In this document: positions 1 through 7,438 of the stretch, one piece after another | Numbering within the stretch: position 1 is the stretch's first letter | Layout of the letters: each line of letters opens with the position of its first letter | Assembly (NCBI RefSeq): GCF_000021925.1 | Contig: NC_011830.1 | Span: 5,176,723 to 5,208,722, forward strand | Direction of reading: 5' to 3' | DNA: 32,000 nt | DNA from: Desulfitobacterium hafniense DCB-2 | Lineage (GTDB): Bacteria; Bacillota; Desulfitobacteriia; Desulfitobacteriales; Desulfitobacteriaceae | Notes under the pieces: model-generated | Seen by the model: the letters and a program-made list of their open reading frames with translations, nothing else | Told to the model about the DNA's origin: nothing | The model's database searches: none | Position numbers and translations under genes: made by a program

Positions 1-835
1 CAAAGGCTTTGCCCAGGTACTCAACCATATTAAAGCCGGTGGAATGAAACACAGCTATTGGGGTCTGACTGGGCAACCTGGCATCAATCTCCAGCACTTT
101 AAGCTTTCCGGCGTGAAGAATAACCTCGACATCCATGATTCCCTGCAGAGAAAGCTCTCCTGCCAGTTTTAAAGCCATCTCTTCGAATTCACGCTTAAGC
201 CCCAGGTCCAGCCGGGCAGGTGCAAGCACCCTTTTGCAATCATACTGGGCATCCATCTCTAACTCCGTGATCTGAAACACTTGATAGTTTCCGGAGAAAC
301 CCATCACCTCGATGGAATAAGACGGTCCCTCCAGATACTCCTCCAAAACCCAATTGTCCCGAGACTCCTGATGGAGAAGGCGCTCCAATTTCTCCCGGCA
401 GGGAATAACCTGGACCCCCTCACTGCCACTACCATCCGAAGGCTTGAGCAGCATTGGGAAATGACAGTCGGGCCACGGCCGCGGGGCCGGAACCCCCATT
501 GCCGCGAACAGCTGATTGGAACGCTGCTTGGACGACGAGATCCTATAGGCGTCCAGATCCAAAACACAAGGGATGTGGGTTCTCTGCCCAATGTCTGCAA
601 GGGCTGTCAAAACCTCCAGATCTTCAATGGCCGGCAAAATTAGATTCACCCCTTTAAGCTCGGCCACAAATTCTTCCCTTGACCGGAGTATGTCCATACA
701 GTGGAATACATCCGCCAGCTGAGCCCCTTGGGCTTTTTTCCTGCGATCAAAAAGAACAACATCCCAACCGGCCTTTTTCGCTAAATAAGCAGCTTCAACA
801 CCCTGGAGCTTGCCGCCAATGATCCCTACCCGCAT
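1..835 (-). CDS. pylC: PylC (3-methylornithine--L-lysine ligase, ATP-grasp); N-terminal ~278 codons, 3' end lies beyond the left edge
   Basis: Absent from the ORF track because it has no stop in the window. Manual translation from ATG 835..833 gives an uninterrupted frame: MRVGIIGGKLQGVEAAYLAKKAGWDVVLFDRRKK...MLLKPSDGSGSEGV...EEYLEGPSYSIEVMG...IMDVEVIL...EIDARLPSQTP. This is D-Ala-D-Ala-ligase/ATP-grasp-like. It overlaps the pylB stop by 10 nt, as expected in a pylTSBCD cassette. Confidence 0.85.
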   Translation of the reverse strand, partial: MRVGIIGGKLQGVEAAYLAKKAGWDVVLFDRRKKAQGAQLADVFHCMDILRSREEFVAELKGVNLILPAIEDLEVLTALADIGQRTHIPCVLDLDAYRISSSKQRSNQLFAAMGVPAPRPWPDCHFPMLLKPSDGSGSEGVQVIPCREKLERLLHQESRDNWVLEEYLEGPSYSIEVMGFSGNYQVFQITELEMDAQYDCKRVLAPARLDLGLKREFEEMALKLAGELSLQGIMDVEVILHAGKLKVLEIDARLPSQTPIAVFHSTGFNMVEYLGKAF

Positions 836-1950
836 TGAACGGCTCCTTTCGCTGAACAAGCAGGATGAGCAGGCCATGATTCCAGCCAGGCTTGGTATTC
901 CAGGCGGGTAGCCGGCTCTAAATGCATTCTGTTGAGGATGGGGATAATCTTCTCCAGGGAACGGTTGCCGTCGGCAATGTCACGGCTGCTCTGGGATACT
1001 CCCGCCAGGCCCGCCGCAGGCGGAATAATCGAAGTGACCACATTGGCCCCCGAATTCAAACGCTGTTCCAGCCCCCTTAAGCCATCCACATCAAGGGAAG
1101 CCGGGATCAGACGGTCAGGCATAACCAAGCGCATGATGGCAATAATCAAGAGTTCACGGAAATGAGACCCCGTTTTCCACCCGGCTAAAGGGGTGTTTTC
1201 CTGAGGAACAAAGCTCATAACCCGGACCTGGGCCGCTTCCATCCTTTTCATGGTGAGGATCGAAGCCGCAATATCTTCATGGGTGTCCCCGACGCCTGTC
1301 AGAATTCCTTCTTCGATAAGATACCCCATGGCCTTGGCCAGGCTTTTTTGCCCCATCCGCTCATCATAGCTCTGTCCAATCCGCAAGCGGTTATAGAGGG
1401 TCCGATTATGGGTTTCCTGATAACATGCGTACCAATCGACACCCGCAGCTTTGAATTTCTGCAGAACATCTGGGGATACGATCCCCGGCGATAGCATCAC
1501 CGGCGTTTGGGTTTCCCGCTTAATTTCCCGGACTGTCTGCAAAAGTTCGTTGAATCCTTGGGGAGTATTATGGTACAACGGATCTTCTCCCATGGTCAGA
1601 TCCAGAAGGTGCACCCCGGAATCCGCCAGCGCACGGGCTGCCGCGATGATTTCAGCACGGTCTTTGCGATAGCGCCGATAGCTATGGTTTGATTTGCGGT
1701 AGAGACAAAAGGTACAGTCATTCTTGCAAAACGTGGAAAAATATAAAAAGCCATAAAGAAATATTTTGTTCTGGAAGTACTTCTCACGCAGTTCCCGCGC
1801 AACCTGAGCGACACACCCGAATTGGTCCTCAGTTGTTTCCAATAACCTCAAAATATCTTCATGACTAAGCATAGACTCCGCTTTTGCCTTTTCTAAAATC
1901 TCTGCCAGCTTTAAATTCTGCATATCATTTTCTGCCTCCTGCCCCTGCAA
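826..1950 (-). CDS. pylB: PylB, radical-SAM lysine mutase (3-methylornithine synthase)
   Basis: Radical-SAM CxxxCxxC motif (FCKNDCTFCLY). Colinear with remembered Methanosarcina PylB (YFSTxCKNxCxFC, DLTMGEDP, LYQETH, RLIPASLD). The start may be TTG 1950 or ATG 1923. The stop codon is TAG at 828..826. Confidence 0.9.
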   Translation of the reverse strand: MQGQEAENDMQNLKLAEILEKAKAESMLSHEDILRLLETTEDQFGCVAQVARELREKYFQNKIFLYGFLYFSTFCKNDCTFCLYRKSNHSYRRYRKDRAEIIAAARALADSGVHLLDLTMGEDPLYHNTPQGFNELLQTVREIKRETQTPVMLSPGIVSPDVLQKFKAAGVDWYACYQETHNRTLYNRLRIGQSYDERMGQKSLAKAMGYLIEEGILTGVGDTHEDIAASILTMKRMEAAQVRVMSFVPQENTPLAGWKTGSHFRELLIIAIMRLVMPDRLIPASLDVDGLRGLEQRLNSGANVVTSIIPPAAGLAGVSQSSRDIADGNRSLEKIIPILNRMHLEPATRLEYQAWLESWPAHPACSAKGAVQCG

Positions 1951-2025
1951 TCTCCTCCCAAATCTCTTGAATCTTTTTGCGCCTGATTGCTTTATTAAAG
2001 AAAGAAGAAGCTTCAGTTTATATTA

Positions 2026-2892
2026 TCAATTGATATTTAAGCGTACTCCATCAAGATAGCTCAGGCTTCTGGCCATACTCTGAACATGTTGTGTTCCTTC
2101 GCGAATCATCAGAAGCCTTTCCAGACCAAAGCCCAGGCCTACCCAGGGATCAACTATCTCCCATTTTTCATCAAGGAAGTGGGGCCCCATGGCCCCCGAA
2201 GCCAGCTCCAGATCGCCCTTCATCACATCTACCGTATCCCCGTAAACTACCGAGGATTCCGTAACCAGCTCAAACTCCCTTATTCCCGCAGCCTCCAGCA
2301 CCCAACGGGCCATGTCTTCAAGACGTTGATGCCGCTCTTCCAGCGGAGTCCCCAGTTCTGTGAGATTCAGCATGGTAAATTCATTGAGATGTTGTGCCCC
2401 CTGGGACTCTTTCCGGTAACAGGTTCCAATCTCGAAAATCCGGATCGGCTTATCCCACAGGCGCTCAAGCTCTCTCCACAAAGTGTATAGATTGGGAGCC
2501 AGCATCGGCCGCAAACATTTCTTCCCATCCAACCAAAAAACCTGGGAAAACAAAGGATGGTCCTCCCCTATGGTCATCTTAGCCAAGGCCGACTTCGTAA
2601 TAATCGTCGGGGTCACCACCTGAACAAATCCCTGTTGGTGCAATGCCTTCGCTAATCCCTCTTCAAGCTCGAGCAAGGCGGGACGATGCTTCACCGTGCG
2701 CAGCTGTTCCAAATGGCGTTTTCCCTGGCTCATCAGTTGATGTTCAATCCCCTGAAAAGCGCGGTCACGGCTTAGTGCATCGGAAAAACCCATTTCCAGC
2801 TGCTCCCCGGAAGCATTGAGTTCTTTCAGGCGTTGATATTGAACCTTTGTCCAAAAGCTGCTCAAGGGTGGGTCCCTCCTTGTTAAAAACAT
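2026..2892 (-). CDS. pylS: Pyrrolysyl-tRNA synthetase catalytic-domain protein (split bacterial PylSc, 288 aa)
   Basis: Class II aaRS motifs are present (FEIGTCYRKE; GLGFGLERLL). The protein starts MFLTRRDPPLSSFW, which matches my memory of D. hafniense PylSc. The track ORF (to 2964) is an artefactual extension through the tRNA gene. There is no N-terminal tRNA-binding domain, so a separate pylSn is expected elsewhere. Confidence 0.92.
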   Translation of the reverse strand: MFLTRRDPPLSSFWTKVQYQRLKELNASGEQLEMGFSDALSRDRAFQGIEHQLMSQGKRHLEQLRTVKHRPALLELEEGLAKALHQQGFVQVVTPTIITKSALAKMTIGEDHPLFSQVFWLDGKKCLRPMLAPNLYTLWRELERLWDKPIRIFEIGTCYRKESQGAQHLNEFTMLNLTELGTPLEERHQRLEDMARWVLEAAGIREFELVTESSVVYGDTVDVMKGDLELASGAMGPHFLDEKWEIVDPWVGLGFGLERLLMIREGTQHVQSMARSLSYLDGVRLNIN

Positions 2893-2897
2893 AAATG

Positions 2898-2969
2898 TGG
2901 CGGGGAGTACGGGAGTTTCACCCGCCTGCACGAATTTAGAGTCCGTGTGATCTATTCGATCCACCCCCC
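2898..2969 (-). tRNA. pylT: tRNA-Pyl (anticodon CUA), CCA encoded
   Basis: The reverse complement reads GGGGGGTGGATCGAATAGATCACACGGACTCTAAATTCGTGCAGGCGGGTGAAACTCCCGTACTCCCCGCCA. It folds with the tRNA-Pyl hallmarks: one base between the acceptor and D stems, a 5-nt D loop without GG, a 6-bp anticodon stem, loop CUCUAAA (anticodon CUA), a 3-nt variable loop, and a T loop UGAAACU lacking TTC. Confidence 0.93.
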
Positions 2970-2985
2970 AGGACTTTTTATACTA

Positions 2986-3114
2986 CAGAAAGTATAAGCT
3001 TGCGCTATATACTTTCTAAGCATAAGTGCAACCAGCGATTTCGCCTCATTTGCAAGCATCGGTTTAAGGCAACAAGTGCGAAGACAGTGTCTTCGTAGCG
3101 AAACCGGGTTTTCT
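2986..3114 (+). repeat. Copy A of a conserved structured intergenic element (129 nt); the inverted copy is at 24295..24398
   Basis: Three blocks are shared with the reverse complement of 24295..24398: cagaaagtata (11/11), agcataagtgcaaccagcgatttcgcc (25/27) and gcgaaaccgggttttct (16/17). Internal 10-bp hairpin: 2987-2996 pairs with 3008-3017. An extra 7-bp hairpin at 3079-3095 is absent from copy B. The strand label is relative only. Confidence 0.85.
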
Positions 3115-3160
3115 ATACAATACTGCAATTTTTATGCCAAAGGCTCCAAGGAACACAGCA

Positions 3161-3187
3161 GGCCTGGCTCATCAGGAGAGCCAGGCC
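3161..3187 (-). terminator. 10-bp GC-rich hairpin downstream of eutA (possible eut operon terminator or attenuator)
   Basis: ggcctggctc / gagccaggcc with a 7-nt loop, 72 nt after the eutA stop. There is no clean U-tract on the minus strand, and the T-run on the plus strand is 10 nt away. The terminator call is therefore weak. Confidence 0.35.
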
Positions 3188-3258
3188 GCCACGAGTCATT
3201 TTTTACATCCGTTAAGTCACTACTACTTCCTCTAAGCATAATTGACTCAATGCACTCT

Positions 3259-4743
3259 TTACAGTTTCTTGGTATCGAAGACAAGGGTCTTCATGACCAC
3301 AGGGATAATGCGCCCTCCCATAAGGGGTTTGCCAATATCAATATAATCGCAATTCTCCAGGCAGAGCTGGTCGATACAAATCAATTCTCTGTGTTTCCCG
3401 CACAGGGCCGTCAGACATTGACCAAGAATCTTGCCGCAGTCCTTTTCAATAATCAGAATTAAAGGCTTATCCCCAGCGATAAATTCATCTACCCCCAGCA
3501 CAATGCCTTTGGCTAAGGTTTGGATGTCCAGAAAGGAAAGGGTTCTCGGGCCTTGAAAAGCCAGGGCAAGGTGCTGCGTTTGTCCTTCCGTGTAGAGAAG
3601 GGAAACGCTCTTTCTCACAAAATCCCCTATTTCTTCAGCAGCAGCGGGGATTCCAGCAGACCCCTCCGGAAAGGGCTTAGCCACTAAGATATTTCTAAGG
3701 GGCAAACTTGTTTGTCCTTGCACATGGATCGTACTACCACTCAGGCTGATGGACTGTGTACCGGTTCCAATCACCGTGGCTCTGACCGTTTCCAGGGGCT
3801 TTATCAGGGCGAAGCCTGCGGCAATTATTTTTTCTCTTAACATCCAGCCCAGTAACGGACCCATATCGCCGAAAGCACTGACCTCTTCCACAGAACAGGG
3901 CGGTGAGTCCTTGTAGACGTAATCCGCCACTCCCCCGGATACCATGATGCTGTTCAGGGGATAATTTAAAGACAATGGAGGTGCCATCAGAAGTTCTCCC
4001 GTTAATGAAGAAAGGTTTTTGCTCAGGATAACCTCGACAATGGACTGGGCCATCAAGGCAGCAATTTCCCTTAGATGCTCCAGTTGAATAACTTCCCCCA
4101 CCCTGATCCAGCGGCCCATAGCTTTGAGTACAGCTTGCATCGGCTGGGCAATATAAGTAACCCTATCTCCCCCAGGCTCAATTTCCAGCAGACGGCCCCC
4201 TATATTCAGACACGTGGTATCAATCGCCTGGCCCTCCCGGAATACGGCGAAATTCGAAGTTCCGCCGCCCACATCGATATTGACAATCTCCTGATGCTTT
4301 TCAGCCGAATATGCCGCGGCACCCGATCCTTTGCCCGCATAGATCGACTCCAGGTTGGGACCGGCGGCAGCGACCACAAAATCTCCGGCAAAGCCAGCCA
4401 ATACGTCTAACAGCGCTTTGGCATTTTCCTTTTTGGCGGTTTCCCCTGTAATAATGACCGCCCCGCTGTCAATGTCCCGGGGGGTCACGGCCGCTAACCG
4501 ATATTCCTCTTCAACCAGGCGGGAAATCTCCTCCCCATTGATAAGGTGATGCTCCAAAAGCGGCGTTAAATGGATTCGACTCCGATGAATCACTTCTTTA
4601 GCGGTGATCGACACACGTGGAACCAGGGTAACGCTGGCGGTATTTTCAATGGTGAGGCGACTTAAGACCAATTGAGTGGTTGTGGTCCCAATATCGATTC
4701 CCACACTCGTTATGATTTGACTATCTGACCGGCTCATCAGCAC
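3259..4743 (-). CDS. eutA: Ethanolamine ammonia-lyase reactivating factor EutA
   Basis: ASKHA/actin-like ATPase repeats (GIDIGTTTTQLV; NIDVGGGTSNFAVF). Size ~490 aa. Lies directly after eutBC. Confidence 0.85.
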   Translation of the reverse strand: MLMSRSDSQIITSVGIDIGTTTTQLVLSRLTIENTASVTLVPRVSITAKEVIHRSRIHLTPLLEHHLINGEEISRLVEEEYRLAAVTPRDIDSGAVIITGETAKKENAKALLDVLAGFAGDFVVAAAGPNLESIYAGKGSGAAAYSAEKHQEIVNIDVGGGTSNFAVFREGQAIDTTCLNIGGRLLEIEPGGDRVTYIAQPMQAVLKAMGRWIRVGEVIQLEHLREIAALMAQSIVEVILSKNLSSLTGELLMAPPLSLNYPLNSIMVSGGVADYVYKDSPPCSVEEVSAFGDMGPLLGWMLREKIIAAGFALIKPLETVRATVIGTGTQSISLSGSTIHVQGQTSLPLRNILVAKPFPEGSAGIPAAAEEIGDFVRKSVSLLYTEGQTQHLALAFQGPRTLSFLDIQTLAKGIVLGVDEFIAGDKPLILIIEKDCGKILGQCLTALCGKHRELICIDQLCLENCDYIDIGKPLMGGRIIPVVMKTLVFDTKKL

Positions 4744-4758
4744 ACACCTACGTTCTCC

Positions 4759-5688
4759 TTAGGATACAACAATCTGCCTGTTAAGACGCACCCCGCTTGC
4801 CCTTGCTTTAAGAATCTGCTTAATCACATCCGCCAGATGGGCACCGGCCTCGGCCGGCGGAATTCCACCTTTATGAATGTTGGATATTACGGTTCTGTCC
4901 GCTTCCACAGTTGTTTCATCAGGACGATAGATCATGTAAGCGCTGAGACTCTCGGCTGTTCCCAGACCAGGGCGTTCTCCGATTAGGGAAACCACCACAT
5001 CCGCATTCACAAGGCTAGCCACCTGATCTTCAACCCAAACCCGGCCATATCTGACAAAAAAGGGGTCGCCTGTCTTTATGCCTGAGACGGCAAGCCCTTG
5101 GGTTAAGGCAGGCAGGAGGTCGGGAATATTGGCTTCAATAGCGCTGGAACTTAATCCGTCAACGACAATAATCTGCACCTGAATATTTTTTTCACACTTC
5201 TGGGTGATGATTTGGAGCGATTCCTCGGAAAGCCGTCTGCCCAATTCAGGGTGGGTAAGAAATTCTTCTTTATTCCGCGCTGAACTTTGCACGGCAAAGA
5301 GATTCATCCGGCTTAAAAATTCAGGAGAAACATCCGCAAACACAGCATCCTGGGCAACTGCATGGTCGGCCAGAAATTTTAATAAGGAAGCGGTTTTCAT
5401 TCTCGCCCCTGCTCTGCCAATGCCAATCCGGGCCGGGGTCGTTGCTTTCATGGCCTTAATCGCCTCTAAATTAGCCGGTTTAGACACCAACACTTCATCG
5501 GCCGACATAAGCGTGACCATGTCTTCCTGCCCAAGCTCATGGGCAGGAGTATCCTTTAAGCCCTTGGATATCAGGGTCTCCTTTTCCCCAGGAAGATTCT
5601 TTGCAGAAAAAGATGACCCTTCTTTTAACAACTCATCCAGAATGCCTTGTAGTATTCTTTCTAACTCCTTTTCAGCTGTATGCATCAT
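4759..5688 (-). CDS. eutC: Ethanolamine ammonia-lyase small subunit EutC, with an amphipathic N-terminal extension
   Basis: 309 aa and follows eutB by 12 nt. The C-terminal region is typical of EutC (RPGLG..ESLSAY, ISNIH.GG). The N-terminus (EKELERILQGILDELLKEG) resembles a BMC encapsulation peptide. Confidence 0.85.
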   Translation of the reverse strand: MMHTAEKELERILQGILDELLKEGSSFSAKNLPGEKETLISKGLKDTPAHELGQEDMVTLMSADEVLVSKPANLEAIKAMKATTPARIGIGRAGARMKTASLLKFLADHAVAQDAVFADVSPEFLSRMNLFAVQSSARNKEEFLTHPELGRRLSEESLQIITQKCEKNIQVQIIVVDGLSSSAIEANIPDLLPALTQGLAVSGIKTGDPFFVRYGRVWVEDQVASLVNADVVVSLIGERPGLGTAESLSAYMIYRPDETTVEADRTVISNIHKGGIPPAEAGAHLADVIKQILKARASGVRLNRQIVVS

Positions 5689-5700
5689 TCTACCTCCCTT

Positions 5701-7065
5701 CTACTTATCGAAAACAGACGGATCCCCCGCCCGTTCTGTAAGCTGTCCATTCTCCATGATTCCCATCTTCTCCAGCCACTTCTCGAACTCAGGCAAGGGA
5801 CGCAGGCCAAGAATTTCACGGGTTGCGGCATCATCATGATAGCTTGTATCCTGATAGCTGAGCATAACATCGTCCCCTCCGGGAAGACCCATAAAATAAT
5901 TAGCGCCCGCCATAGCGCAGAGCAGCGTGGCAATTTCCTGATCATTTTGATCCGCTTTCATGTGATTGGTGTAACAGGGAGCGATCCCCATAGGCAAACC
6001 ATGGAGCTTACCCATAAACAAATCCTCCAGATCGGCCCGGATGACTTCCCGGCCCGAGTAAATCGTCTCCGGTCCGATAAATCCCGATACATTATTGAGC
6101 AGGAAAGGCCGGTAATGGCGCCCAAATCCATAGGTTCTGGACTCTAAGGTCATCATATCCACACCATGGTGGGCAGCCAGGGAAATCTCCGATCCCTGAC
6201 CTGTCTCGAAGTACATTAAATTCGGCCCGGTGGCTGTTCCGTTGCGCTGGATAAGGGCAAAGGCTTCATCAATAAGCTCCTTGGAGATTCCAAAAGCCTC
6301 ATTGGCCTTTTGGGTTCCTGCTATACTCTGAAAAACAAGATCAATGGGCACCCCTTTAGTGATCGCTTTCATTTGGGTGGTAATATGAGCAAGGACACAA
6401 TTTTGAGTTGGAATCTCCCATTGCTGCATAAATTCTTTGACCGTTTCCAGGAGCCGGGACAGAGTGTCCACATTATCTTCCACAGGATTAATCCCAATTA
6501 CGGCATCCCCCGAGCCATAGGATAGCCCTTCTTTTAAGGACGCCATCACCCCTTCCACTGAATCAGTGGGATGATTGGGCTGGCAGCGGAAGGCTAAAGT
6601 TCCCGGAATGCCGATGGTGGTATTGCAATGGGCCTGATGCCGCATTTTTTTCGAACCATAGACCAGATCCATGTTGGACATCAGTTTGGCAACGGCGGCA
6701 ATCATTTCGCTGGTTAAACCGCGGCTGATGTGATTGAGATGGCTGCCTGTGGTGCCATGATCGAGAATATACTCCCGAAGCTGACCCACTGTCCAACCCT
6801 TCATTTCCTGATAGATCCTTAAGTTAAGCCCATCATAAATCACCCGGGTTACTTCATCCTCTTCATAAGGCAGAACCGGATGGTTATAAAGATCTTCGAG
6901 GGTAAGGTTGCTTAAGACCAGTTTAGCGGCCACTCGTTCCGAAGCGGACGTTGCTCCTATGCCAGCCAAAACATCACCGGATTTCTCCTCATTTGCTTTA
7001 GCCAGAACTTCTTTAAGGTCTTTAAAAGCAAAGACCTTATGATATACCTTCGCCTTCAAAATCAC
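5701..7065 (-). CDS. eutB: Ethanolamine ammonia-lyase large subunit EutB
   Basis: 454 aa and colinear with remembered E. coli EutB (FKDLKEVLAKANEEKSGD, YFETGQGSE, CYTNHM). GTG start with RBS gggaggaagg. The stop is TAG at 5703..5701. Confidence 0.92.
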   Translation of the reverse strand: MILKAKVYHKVFAFKDLKEVLAKANEEKSGDVLAGIGATSASERVAAKLVLSNLTLEDLYNHPVLPYEEDEVTRVIYDGLNLRIYQEMKGWTVGQLREYILDHGTTGSHLNHISRGLTSEMIAAVAKLMSNMDLVYGSKKMRHQAHCNTTIGIPGTLAFRCQPNHPTDSVEGVMASLKEGLSYGSGDAVIGINPVEDNVDTLSRLLETVKEFMQQWEIPTQNCVLAHITTQMKAITKGVPIDLVFQSIAGTQKANEAFGISKELIDEAFALIQRNGTATGPNLMYFETGQGSEISLAAHHGVDMMTLESRTYGFGRHYRPFLLNNVSGFIGPETIYSGREVIRADLEDLFMGKLHGLPMGIAPCYTNHMKADQNDQEIATLLCAMAGANYFMGLPGGDDVMLSYQDTSYHDDAATREILGLRPLPEFEKWLEKMGIMENGQLTERAGDPSVFDK

Positions 7066-7129
7066 GAAGCCTTCCTCCCATCTCTCCTTTAATCGTCAGG
7101 ATTATATAGCCAACAGTCATCCAGCCGGC

Positions 7130-7423
7130 TCACCCTTGGAACGTTTCTTTGTCAATGATCCCGATAACCACAGCATCGATGGGAGCGCGCTGATCCTCCA
7201 GGCTTTGCCGAGCCGATGAGCCGCTGGCGATCATGACAATTTCCGTTTCTCCTGCTCCGATGCGATCGGCTGCAATCAGGGTATTTCCGTATTTCTCAAA
7301 GCGGGGTCTCCCGCTCTCTTCATAAGTTAAGGTCACCGGTTGTACTACAAGGAATTTAAACCCTTTTAAAGCTTCTTCTTTTCGTGTTGACCAGACATTC
7401 CCCAAAACATAGGCCAAGATCAT
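7130..7423 (-). CDS. eutN: BMC vertex (pentamer) protein, EutN/CcmL family
   Basis: 97 aa. Starts MILAYVLGNVWSTRK and has a ...DAVVIGIID C-terminus, both typical of EutN/CcmL. Confidence 0.8.
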   Translation of the reverse strand: MILAYVLGNVWSTRKEEALKGFKFLVVQPVTLTYEESGRPRFEKYGNTLIAADRIGAGETEIVMIASGSSARQSLEDQRAPIDAVVIGIIDKETFQG

Positions 7424-7438
7424 GACTGCTCCTCCGTC

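Noticed and set aside
2893-2964. N-terminal 24-codon extension of the pylS ORF in the track (MDRIDHTDSKFVQAGETPVLPATF)
   Set aside because: These codons are the antisense-free reading of the tRNA-Pyl gene itself (GTG inside the D arm). The remembered PylSc protein begins MFLTRRDPP at 2892.
2986-3114. Possibility that the repeated element is a second lysine riboswitch (or a T-box) controlling the pyl operon
   Set aside because: Neither strand contains the L-box core (AGAGGCGC, GAGTA, GCCGAAG, CTGTCA in order) that is plainly present at 24490-24645. There is also no T-box GGGTGGTACCGCG motif.
3076-3462. 128-aa plus-strand ORF starting inside repeat copy A
   Set aside because: It runs antisense into the 3' end of eutA, has no RBS and has no recognisable protein features. 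It is most likely a shadow ORF.
5204-6147. Plus-strand ORFs of 155-211 aa opposite eutC and eutB. Similar antisense ORFs occur at 8102..8719, 11263..11724, 15857..16585 and 28145..28738.
   Set aside because: All lie antisense to strongly supported genes, have low-complexity or Arg/Pro/Ser-rich translations, and lack RBSs. These are typical shadow ORFs.
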